Sequence record: SRR22947727_1209
DNA length: 32,650 nt
Direction: 5' to 3' (one strand)
Part shown: piece by piece, positions 1 to 7,613 of the stretch
How positions within the stretch are numbered: the stretch's first letter is position 1
Layout of the letters: each line of letters opens with the position of its first letter
The notes under the pieces: model-generated
Told to the model about the DNA's origin: nothing
Databases searched by the model: none
Seen by the model: only the letters and a program-made list of their open reading frames with translations
Program-made: the position numbers and the translations under genes

Positions 1-954
1 GGTATCGCCTGTAATCGTCGCACTAGTCGCGCTCGACAAAGTCAATGTTGCTGTTTCTGTGGCCTCCGTAGTTGAGTCATCCGTAATCGGAACTTCAATG
101 GTGCCTGATGTGGCTCCTGCACTAACAGTGAGCGTCCCAGTTGTCCCCGTATAGTCTGTGTCGTCAGTCGCACCATCCGAAGAACCGGTGCTGGTGGTAT
201 AAATGACCGTGACATCTTCGGCGCCCGTTTTATCCAAGGTGACGGTAAATGTGGCTGTTCCATCCCCTTCGGCCACCGTTTGATTGGTGATGGTTAGAAT
301 TGGATCGTCATCGGTTATAACTAGATCTGCAGTTGTGCTAATAAGGCTGCCATTAGATGGATCCGATAAAGTTAAAGTAGCAGTTTCAGTTTCTTCGGCA
401 TCAGCATCGCTGGTAATGGGTACCTCAATTGTGGCCTCTGTCTGTCCAGCGGTAACTGTAACCGTCCCCGTTGTTCCAGTGTAATCTGTTCCGTCTGTCG
501 CCCCATCTGTTTCACCAGTACTGGTTGTATAAACTACAGTCAAATCTTCATCAACCGTTTGTGCAAGAGTGATTGTAAAGGTGGCTGTTCCATCAGACTC
601 CCCTACTGTTTGGTTAGCAATAGTGATCTCTGGATCATCATCCAAAATTACTAAATCAGCCGTGTTGCTTCCATCAGGAATAATTACATTTGATGATGGT
701 TTTGATAAGGTAATGGTTGCTGTTTCTGTTGTCTCGTCAGTGGTATCTGTTTTGGTAGGAACTGTAAAAGTCTTTGATGTTTGTCCAGCAGCAATCGTTA
801 ATGTACCCCGCGTATTCGTGTAATCAGATCCATTGGAGGCTGTCCCAGCGCTGGTTGCGTAATAGAGTGTCACAGCACTTGATGGTGCGGAATCTAATGT
901 GACTGTAAAAGTGGCCGTCCCCGACTCCGTTACTGTTACATTACCGATACTTGC
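1..954 (-). repeat. Tandem Calx-beta coding repeats (~954-634, 633-304, 303-<1), 330-nt period
   Basis: The DDDP motif recurs at 631-642 and 301-312. The GTATFT, DYT and ETAT(I/L)TLS motifs recur in each unit. Confidence 0.85.
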
Positions 955-2148
955 ATTCACTGTGGCTTCAGATGTTGATGAATCAGGTATTGATGTATCA
1001 GATGTTGATGTATTAGGTGTTAATGTAATATTGACCGCATTAGGATCCTGCTTTGACCTTCCTCCTCCAGGATTTTTAGCTACCCCCTCAGACACAAAAA
1101 GGGTTTGCGGTAACAGCTCTTTGCCTACCCTATCAATACCTCGACCTGTGAGGGAGGAAATGGAGTCCTGAATACTATTGGACTGTTCAGTTAATTTTGA
1201 AGGGTTACTATCAAGACGCTCAAGTCTATTCAGTTGAGCTGTTGAATATCGATCCACGGTGGCGGAAATGGAATCCTGAATTTCATTGGACTGTTCAGTT
1301 AATTTTGAAATTCTATTGTCAAGACGCCCAAGCTTTCTTAGCTGACCTCTTTTAGCAACACCACCCTGGGATTCAATTTGTTGTTGTATGAGCTGAATCT
1401 CTTGATTAGAACCCTGAATTTTTCCCTCAATGGAACTTAATCTGCCCTCAAGTTTATTAACTTGCCGCATTTCTCTTTTAGTTAAAGTCGATTGTGATTG
1501 GGATGGCTCAACATCTAAGGTAGTGACCGCATTAGCTTCAACCTGAGGGGAGTCTTGTTCTTGAGGAGAGTCTTGTTCTTTTTGCTCTCGTCTCTCTGCT
1601 CTTTCCTGCTGTCTTTCTTGGCGCTTTAATTGTCGATCATTTAAGGATTCAACCTTGGTACTTTCAATCCCTTGGACTTCAGCTCCTGTTACATTTACAA
1701 GGGCCTCATTGATTTGTGATGATGGTGCTTCAGTGATAACCGTTAAATTGGCATCGGTTGTATTTGATAAGGTATAAGGGTTATCAGATACAACAATGGA
1801 ATATTGATTCGGCGTAAGATCCGTGCTGGATAATATACCAGGATCAGTTTGTTTGGTGCTGTCGGAATTGTAAACCTTAATGGAGGTAACTGGATCTGAG
1901 ATGTTGCTATCGTTAGAGATGAATTTAAGTTCAATATCGCCTGACACTGTCGAGTCTTGAGAAGACAGCTGCTCAATAGGAATAGTAACAACAAGCCCAC
2001 CATCCGGCCCAAAATCAAGGCTCTCAAAAAGTGTTTCATTGTCATTTAACAGCAATCTAAAACTTGAATCTGAAGAGCCTTGGTCTCCGGATAAAGTAAG
2101 TTTTAAATCACCATTTTCTGTAAAAGTTGCGTCAAGTACTTTTATCAT
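1..2148 (-). CDS. Large surface/secreted protein with tandem Calx-beta repeats (5' part; runs off the left edge, at least 716 aa)
   Basis: My translation of the minus strand is open from ATG 2148 (MIKVLDATFTENGDLKLTLSG...) to position 1 with no stop, so it is absent from the ORF track. Three ~110-aa repeats match the Calx-beta pattern (e.g. ITIANQTVGESDGTATFTITL...VVYTTSTG..DGATDGTDY..TTGTVTVTAGQTEATIEVPITSD...EETETATLTLS....ADLVITDDDP). GGAGA lies upstream of the ATG. Confidence 0.9.
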   Translation of the reverse strand, partial: MIKVLDATFTENGDLKLTLSGDQGSSDSSFRLLLNDNETLFESLDFGPDGGLVVTIPIEQLSSQDSTVSGDIELKFISNDSNISDPVTSIKVYNSDSTKQTDPGILSSTDLTPNQYSIVVSDNPYTLSNTTDANLTVITEAPSSQINEALVNVTGAEVQGIESTKVESLNDRQLKRQERQQERAERREQKEQDSPQEQDSPQVEANAVTTLDVEPSQSQSTLTKREMRQVNKLEGRLSSIEGKIQGSNQEIQLIQQQIESQGGVAKRGQLRKLGRLDNRISKLTEQSNEIQDSISATVDRYSTAQLNRLERLDSNPSKLTEQSNSIQDSISSLTGRGIDRVGKELLPQTLFVSEGVAKNPGGGRSKQDPNAVNITLTPNTSTSDTSIPDSSTSEATVNASIGNVTVTESGTATFTVTLDSAPSSAVTLYYATSAGTASNGSDYTNTRGTLTIAAGQTSKTFTVPTKTDTTDETTETATITLSKPSSNVIIPDGSNTADLVILDDDPEITIANQTVGESDGTATFTITLAQTVDEDLTVVYTTSTGETDGATDGTDYTGTTGTVTVTAGQTEATIEVPITSDADAEETETATLTLSDPSNGSLISTTADLVITDDDPILTITNQTVAEGDGTATFTVTLDKTGAEDVTVIYTTSTGSSDGATDDTDYTGTTGTLTVSAGATSGTIEVPITDDSTTEATETATLTLSSATSATITGDT
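968..1027. repeat. 30-nt tandem duplication (26/30 identical) encoding a Ser/Thr/Pro linker
   Basis: tcagatgttgatgaatcaggtattgatgta (968-997) followed by tcagatgttgatgtattaggtgttaatgta (998-1027). Confidence 0.8.
1156..1327. repeat. 108-nt-period internal duplication encoding RLD...SKLTEQSN(E/S)IQDSIS twice
   Basis: ggaaatgga.tcctgaat...attggactgttcagttaattttgaa starts at 1156 and 1264. tcaagacgc starts at 1211 and 1319. Confidence 0.85.
1543..1578. repeat. 18-nt tandem repeat encoding EQDSPQ twice
   Basis: ctgaggggagtcttgttc followed by ttgaggagagtcttgttc. Confidence 0.85.
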
Positions 2149-2187
2149 ATGTTTACTACTTCTCCGAATTCCGAATGAAGCTAACGA

Positions 2188-2196
2188 ATTTTAACA
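2188..2196 (-). promoter_or_regulatory. Putative extended -10 promoter (TGtTAAAAT) for the Calx-beta gene
   Basis: TGnTAAAAT on the minus strand, ~40 nt upstream of ATG 2148. No good -35 seen. Confidence 0.45.
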
Positions 2197-2420
2197 TAAA
2201 GCTTAAAAAAAGTGGCTTTAAAAGCTATTTTTTTTTAATGTATTCAGATGGTTATTTAATTTTTTTTATTTAATTTCAAAGAATAAATTTTTCATAATTT
2301 TCCCCTTGTAACTAAAAGTAGATTGTAAATTAGAGAGGTTATTTTTAATTTAAAAAAGTATAAAAAAAATAAGGTTGGTAAAAGTTAGATTTTTTAAATG
2401 AATGTTTTTTTTGTGTAACG

Positions 2421-3002
2421 TTAATAATATTTGTAAAGAATTAAGCTCATAAAAATTAAAATAGTCAATCCCCATACCAGCTTACTCATATGCTTTCTGA
2501 TCAATTCATCTGCCTTCTTTCCAAACATAATCACAAACAATGCAACTAAGTAAAACCTTGCTCCCCTACCTATAATCGAGGCCAGAATAAAAGGTAATAA
2601 TGGCATAACGAGTACACCTCCGGCTATCGTAAACACCTTATATGGGATAGGTGAAAATCCAGCTATAAACACAGCCCAGAAACCCCATTCCTTAAACCAT
2701 ATGACTGCCCTTTCGTAGGCTGGCATATAACCCCAATCATATAAATAGGGCTCAATAAATCCAAATGCATAAATACCTATGAGGTAACCTATAATGCCTC
2801 CTAGCACTGAACCAATCGTAGTAATTAGCGCAAACCTCCAAGCTTTTGTTGGCTTCGATAGGCACATCGGCAGTAACATCACATCAGGTGGAATAGGGAA
2901 AAAAGATGACTCTGCAACACTTAAAATAAATAAATAATATTTAGCTCTTGCATGGCCTGCTAGCTTTAAAACATACTCATATAACTCAAGAAATTTATGC
3001 AT
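2421..3002 (-). CDS. YqaA-like / DedA-superfamily (VTT domain) membrane protein
   Basis: AESSFFPIPPDVML, GSVLGG..GY, GFSPIPYKVF and GRGARF motifs; hydrophobic sequence. Confidence 0.85.
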   Translation of the reverse strand: MHKFLELYEYVLKLAGHARAKYYLFILSVAESSFFPIPPDVMLLPMCLSKPTKAWRFALITTIGSVLGGIIGYLIGIYAFGFIEPYLYDWGYMPAYERAVIWFKEWGFWAVFIAGFSPIPYKVFTIAGGVLVMPLLPFILASIIGRGARFYLVALFVIMFGKKADELIRKHMSKLVWGLTILIFMSLILYKYY

Positions 3003-3007
3003 ATAAT

Positions 3008-4249
3008 TTATTTCGCTTTTGAAGATAAATATGTAGCTATTAGGGATATTATAGCGGCAAGTGCAAGGTAATAACCTACGTAATGCACACCAAAATTACT
3101 CGAGAGCCAGAGTGCGATAAATGGTGCAAATGAAGCTCCCACAATACCAGCAAAATTAAATGATAAAGAAGAACCTGTATACCTTACATTCGTCGGGTAA
3201 AGTTCTGACAAGATGGTGCCTAATGGGCCATAGGTAAATCCCATTAGCGCCATCCCAATAGAGAGAGTCAAAAGAAGGCTAGTATTCAGTAATGGGCCAA
3301 GCACCAATCCAAATAAAATAATCCCAAGTGATGCCAAAATTAAAATTAACTTTCTTCCGTAGCGGTCAGCAAGCACTGCTGAAATAGGAACAAATATAGT
3401 AAATAGTAGAACAGATTCAATTTGATTAGCTAAAAAATCTTCACGGTTAATATTTAAATCTGTAATTGCCCAACTCGCGATATAAACAGTCATTAAGTAG
3501 AACAGAACAAAAGTTGCCAAGGCAATAAATGTGCCTAGGATCATGGGGGTTCTGTAATTCTTAAACACCTCAAAAAATGGAACAGCTAAGGTTTTTTTAT
3601 TCTTTTGGTTCTTTAAAAATTCTGGTGTTTCAAGGATTGTGAGTCTCACATATAGGCCAATTAAAATAAGAACAGAGCTTAAGAGAAAAGGGATTCTCCA
3701 GCCATAATCAAAGAATTCAGCTTCAGACATTGTGCTCGATAAGTATAAAAAAATGCCGCCTGAGAGAATCAGACCAATTGGTGCGCCTAGCTGGGGAAAC
3801 ATGCCATACCAAGCTTTTTTCTCAGGAGGTGCGTTCTCAACAGCGAGTAAAACGGCACCGCCCCACTCTCCACCAAGACCGAAGCCTTGACCAAAACGGC
3901 ATATAACTAGAAGGATAGGAGCAAAAATACCTATGGATTGATATGTTGGGAGTAAACCAATCGCAACGGTTGAAACACCCATGGTGAGTAATGCAGCTAC
4001 TAAGGTTGTTTTCCTACCAATACGATCACCAAAGTGACCAAAGAACGCTGACCCTAATGGCCTCGCAAAAAAGGCAACAGCAAAGGTGGCAAGGGATTGA
4101 AGCATTTCAGTTGACTGGGTTGATGCAGCAAAAAAAAGTGAAGGGAATACTAATACAGCTGCGTTTGCATAAATATAAAAATCAAAAAACTCGATAGTCG
4201 TTCCTGCCAAACTTGCAAACAGAACCTTGGAAGGAGAATTTTTTTTCAT
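3008..4249 (-). CDS. MFS transporter, metabolite:H+ symporter (MHS) family, YhjE/ShiA-like
   Basis: GTTIEFFDFYIY, ARPLG..FFGHFGDRIGRK, QGFGLGGEWGGA and GWRIPFL motifs; about 12 hydrophobic segments. Confidence 0.9.
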   Translation of the reverse strand: MKKNSPSKVLFASLAGTTIEFFDFYIYANAAVLVFPSLFFAASTQSTEMLQSLATFAVAFFARPLGSAFFGHFGDRIGRKTTLVAALLTMGVSTVAIGLLPTYQSIGIFAPILLVICRFGQGFGLGGEWGGAVLLAVENAPPEKKAWYGMFPQLGAPIGLILSGGIFLYLSSTMSEAEFFDYGWRIPFLLSSVLILIGLYVRLTILETPEFLKNQKNKKTLAVPFFEVFKNYRTPMILGTFIALATFVLFYLMTVYIASWAITDLNINREDFLANQIESVLLFTIFVPISAVLADRYGRKLILILASLGIILFGLVLGPLLNTSLLLTLSIGMALMGFTYGPLGTILSELYPTNVRYTGSSLSFNFAGIVGASFAPFIALWLSSNFGVHYVGYYLALAAIISLIATYLSSKAK

Positions 4250-4689
4250 AACTTATTTGATTTATAAATAATAACGGCTTGTCCAATTTTATGAGATTTC
4301 TCATCAATTACATTCCAAATTGTTGCATCTTCAATTTGAAACAACTTTCCATCGGAAGTTACACGTATACCTTTGTAGTTGTTTATAAAGCCATCAGAGT
4401 TTACTTGTTTTAATAGCCTATTTCTTTCTTTTTGTTCTGAATCTGGCGCTGTCATAGTTGTCGGCTTACCTATAACTTCTTCTAGAGAAACATTAAAAAG
4501 AGAAAGCGCAGCTTTATTCAGATAATTAAAAATACCATTGATATCATGACTTGCAATAGGCAATGGGCATTCATCAAAACTTTCAACCAAGTCTTTATTA
4601 TCACTTAAAGGAAGTAATTTATTTGTATACTTCTTAAAAGATTTTTGAGCAAACTCTAAAAAATTATTTGTTTTTTCAAATTCTTCTAT
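4246..4689 (-). CDS. Stand-alone MEKHLA-domain (PAS-like) protein; probable start is ATA 4689 (ORF track gives TTG 4590)
   Basis: Matches the MEKHLA pattern P..IASH....FNYLN.AAL.LF...ER..LL..V...GFI.NY.GIRV...G..F.I..A.IWNV.D....IGQA. The frame stays open upstream to 4704 (IEEFEKTNNFLEFAQKSFKKYTNKLLPLSDNKDL). Confidence 0.8.
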   Translation of the reverse strand: MEEFEKTNNFLEFAQKSFKKYTNKLLPLSDNKDLVESFDECPLPIASHDINGIFNYLNKAALSLFNVSLEEVIGKPTTMTAPDSEQKERNRLLKQVNSDGFINNYKGIRVTSDGKLFQIEDATIWNVIDEKSHKIGQAVIIYKSNKL

Positions 4690-6818
4690 TAAGCTACCCT
4701 CACCTCAACTAAACAATCATGAGATGTTGGCGAATTTCCCATATCACCGAATGCATTGGAGCTAACTGAGTTCACAACACCATTATTCATTTGCCTCCAA
4801 TAACCCAATGTAGCTACCACAATTCCTTTATTTACATCCGTAGTAATTTTGGCTACCGCATCAAATGAACCTCTGTCGTTAAATACGGTGACTTTTTCAC
4901 CTTCATTAACTCCCCTATCCATTGCATCAGCCTGGCTAATTAAAACAAACTGTTCTCCTTGAGCTTTTAATTTATTTTCTATATTCGCGTAACTCGAATT
5001 AATAAATCCATGACTTTTAGGGGCTAAAATATTGAGTGGATATTTTTTTGCCAACTCAGGATTAGCCTCGTGTGTTTCTCTTGAAGCTAAATAGTCTGGA
5101 AGTTCAGGAATATCCTCCCCAGGCTGAAAGTCCTCATACATTTGTCTAAATGGTCCAGCGACAAAGTTTTTAGCTCCCACTAATCTGAACTCACATTTTC
5201 CAGAAGGAGTTGGAAAGTTACCTTCTTTGTGAGGTGCGCGATTGTCTTTTGTGCCAACATTTAATCTGGCGTAACCATGCTTTTTAACATACTCAAAATC
5301 AAATCCCTCACAGGCCGGTGCATTCCAATCAACATAGTTCTCAAGACATTCCGAATCACTCCATTTAAAGTTTTCTTCCTCAAAACCTAAACGTTTAGCA
5401 AGTTGTCTGAATATCTCATTATTCGGTAAGCATTCACCAGGAGAGTCAACACATTTCGCGTTATAAGTTAGATACAAGTGACCCCACGAAAGAATCATAT
5501 CTTCTTGCTCCGCACCCATAGAAGCAGGCAGAAGGATATCTGCAAATGCAGCCGTATCAGAAATAAAGTGCTCAGCTGAAACTAGGAATAAATCCTCACG
5601 CTTTAATCCCTCAAGAATTTTTTCAGACTCTGTGGCTTGGGTGACCGGATTCGTATTCCAACACATCATGGATTTAATTGGTACGTTTAGTTTTTGCTCT
5701 CCCGTAAGTACACGTCCAAGTTGTAAGTTATTTACTACTTGTGTACCTTTTGGAATTAGATCAGGTCGGCAAATTACATCAAATTTATAAGGATGTTCCC
5801 ACACAGGAAATTGTAAGATACCTCCACCCACATGCCTCCATGCACCAGTTAGTGCAGGCAGAGAGGTTACCGCTCTAATTGCTTGACTGCCACCAAAGCT
5901 TTTTTCTAATGCGACACCTATTCTAATTGCTGAAGGTTGAGTTGAAGCATATTCCCGAGCTAATTTTCTTATATCGTCAGCTTTTATGCCTGTTATCTCT
6001 TCAGCCCATTCAGGTGATCTTTCCTTTGCTTTTTCTGCTAATTCGTCAAACCCTACCGTATAGTTATCAACGTAATCTTGATCAACAAGCCCCTCTTCTA
6101 TAATCACATTCATCATTGCCATTGCTAATGCACCGTCAGTGCCTGGTTTTGGACAAATATGCCAGTCTGCTTCTTTAGCAGTCCTTGAGGCATAAGAATC
6201 AATGACAACTACTTTCGCTCCACTTTTTTGTGCTTCTTTAATAATGTGCCAATGATGTAAATTTGTACTAACAGAATTACATGCCCAAACAATAATGAAT
6301 TTAGAATGAATAAAGCTTTCCGGATCAACGCCAGCAGTTGGTCCAATAGTCAAAAGCCATGCGGTACATGAACCCTCGCCACAAAACGTTCTCTCAGTAA
6401 CGGTTGCCCCTAACCTTGCAAAAAAAGCATCTCCTCCATTTAAGCCATGAACAAGGCCCTGATTTCCAAGATAACTATATGGCATGATGGCTTGCGGGCC
6501 ATCTTCCTCAATAATCTTTTGCCATTTATCTACAATTGTCGTTAGCGCTTCATCCCATGAAATTCTCTCAAATTTTTTCTCGCCTTTGGGCCCTACTCTT
6601 TTCATTGGATATAACAATCTATCTGGATGATAGTGACGCTTCTCATAATCTTTTAATTTGACGCATAAACCACCTCGGGTCATTGGGTGATCTTTATTGC
6701 CACTCACTCCTTTTAATTTTCCATCTTCAACCTCATAAACCATTGAGCATGTATCTGGACAATCATGAGGACAGCCACCATGAAATGTCTGAATTCCTTT
6801 GTTCGTTGTATCATCCAT
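4689..6818 (-). CDS. Molybdopterin (Mo/W-bisPGD, DMSO-reductase superfamily) oxidoreductase, cytoplasmic, substrate unknown
   Basis: N-terminal CPHDCPDTC...GGLCVK [4Fe-4S] motif, RLLYPMKR, ISWDEAL, PGTDGALA, SDTAAFADILLPA, and a C-terminal dinucleotide-binding domain (INSSY, FNDRGSF). GGAGG SD; no twin-arginine leader. Confidence 0.92.
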   Translation of the reverse strand: MDDTTNKGIQTFHGGCPHDCPDTCSMVYEVEDGKLKGVSGNKDHPMTRGGLCVKLKDYEKRHYHPDRLLYPMKRVGPKGEKKFERISWDEALTTIVDKWQKIIEEDGPQAIMPYSYLGNQGLVHGLNGGDAFFARLGATVTERTFCGEGSCTAWLLTIGPTAGVDPESFIHSKFIIVWACNSVSTNLHHWHIIKEAQKSGAKVVVIDSYASRTAKEADWHICPKPGTDGALAMAMMNVIIEEGLVDQDYVDNYTVGFDELAEKAKERSPEWAEEITGIKADDIRKLAREYASTQPSAIRIGVALEKSFGGSQAIRAVTSLPALTGAWRHVGGGILQFPVWEHPYKFDVICRPDLIPKGTQVVNNLQLGRVLTGEQKLNVPIKSMMCWNTNPVTQATESEKILEGLKREDLFLVSAEHFISDTAAFADILLPASMGAEQEDMILSWGHLYLTYNAKCVDSPGECLPNNEIFRQLAKRLGFEEENFKWSDSECLENYVDWNAPACEGFDFEYVKKHGYARLNVGTKDNRAPHKEGNFPTPSGKCEFRLVGAKNFVAGPFRQMYEDFQPGEDIPELPDYLASRETHEANPELAKKYPLNILAPKSHGFINSSYANIENKLKAQGEQFVLISQADAMDRGVNEGEKVTVFNDRGSFDAVAKITTDVNKGIVVATLGYWRQMNNGVVNSVSSNAFGDMGNSPTSHDCLVEVRVA

Positions 6819-6875
6819 CAGAAAACCTCCAACAATAAATTTTAGTTTTTTATTCGTTTTTTATTCCTATTACTA

Positions 6876-6904
6876 ACAATACAAAATTAATAGCTTAATA
6901 TCAA
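6876..6904 (-). promoter_or_regulatory. Putative sigma70 promoter for the oxidoreductase operon (TTGATA-17-TATTGT)
   Basis: On the minus strand: -35 at 6904-6899, 17-nt spacer, -10 at 6881-6876. Confidence 0.45.
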
Positions 6905-6917
6905 ATTAAATTACTCT

Positions 6918-6932
6918 TTACTTGGAAAGTAA
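6918..6932. promoter_or_regulatory. Operator-like palindrome TTACTT-gga-AAGTAA
   Basis: Perfect 6-3-6 inverted repeat between the two divergent -35 elements. Confidence 0.45.
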
Positions 6933-6948
6933 GATTCATGTATCCTGT

Positions 6949-6976
6949 TTGACAACCTGAAATCGTTGTGTAATAT
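6949..6976 (+). promoter_or_regulatory. Putative sigma70 promoter for the DUF1097 gene (TTGACA-16-TAATAT)
   Basis: Consensus -35 TTGACA at 6949-6954 and TAATAT at 6971-6976. Confidence 0.6.
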
Positions 6977-7091
6977 CTAGTTAAGTTATTTAAAATTTAA
7001 TCTAGATTTTAATAATTAATCTTAAGTAGCTTTTTTAATAAATTTATGATTAAGTAAATTTTACTTTTAAATTCAACAGGAGGAATTTAAT

Positions 7092-7598
7092 ATGAAAAAT
7101 GCACTAGGAGTTAGCATTGCTTTAGTAGCTGTCCTATGGACTTGGCTAGTTCTAGCTGGTCCGTTAAACGGAATTGCATTAGTTTGGGCTGGATTCATTG
7201 CTTGGGGTGCTTATTTTACTGTAGGCAAACAAGCGTTAGGCAAAACTATTGCTGCGACAATCTTTGGATCATTGATGGCCATCGTCGCAGTCTATATTTT
7301 AGCTTTAACCGATGACTATCTTGGACAATTTGCTGCACCAGTTGCTGTAGGTATAACAGTTTATATCTTAACAGCTGTTCCAAAACTTAATAACATTCCA
7401 GCAAACGTTTTTGGTTACGCTGCTACATTTGGCTGGTTACTAACTGAACTCATTGCGCTTGAAGCTGCATTAGCATCAGATGGTGGAACTGTTATTCAAC
7501 TTGGTATGGGACATCCATTTGTACTGATGTCAATTTCATTTGTTGGTGGTGCAATAATGGCCAAGCTATCTGAAATGTTGGCAAGTAAATTAGGTTAA
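7092..7598 (+). CDS. DUF1097 (YcdZ-like) integral membrane protein
   Basis: Almost entirely hydrophobic, with WAGFIAWGAYF...K...A.IFG and IPANVFGYAATF patterns typical of DUF1097. Strong AGGAGG SD. Confidence 0.75.
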   Translation: MKNALGVSIALVAVLWTWLVLAGPLNGIALVWAGFIAWGAYFTVGKQALGKTIAATIFGSLMAIVAVYILALTDDYLGQFAAPVAVGITVYILTAVPKLNNIPANVFGYAATFGWLLTELIALEAALASDGGTVIQLGMGHPFVLMSISFVGGAIMAKLSEMLASKLG

Positions 7599-7613
7599 TT
7601 ATTTTTATGATAT

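Noticed and set aside
968-1578. Short repeats as a possible CRISPR array or mobile-element ends
   Set aside because: Only two copies each, with periods that are multiples of 3 inside a coding frame; no spacers and no cas or transposase genes.
42-2045. Track ORFs 42-263(-), 284-484(+), 569-823(+), 899-1171(+) and 1743-2045(-)
   Set aside because: All lie inside the long Calx-beta reading frame. The Val/Ser-rich plus-strand products are the antisense mirror of Thr/Asp codons.
2205-2236. A-tract / GTGGCTT...AAGCTAT / T-tract hairpin
   Set aside because: The stem relies on G-U pairs that form only on the plus strand, while the flanking genes are on the minus strand; too weak to call a terminator.
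6819-7091. Moco or other known riboswitch upstream of the molybdoenzyme or DUF1097 gene
   Set aside because: The region is very AT-rich and lacks any conserved riboswitch core I can recognise; an Rfam scan would be decisive.
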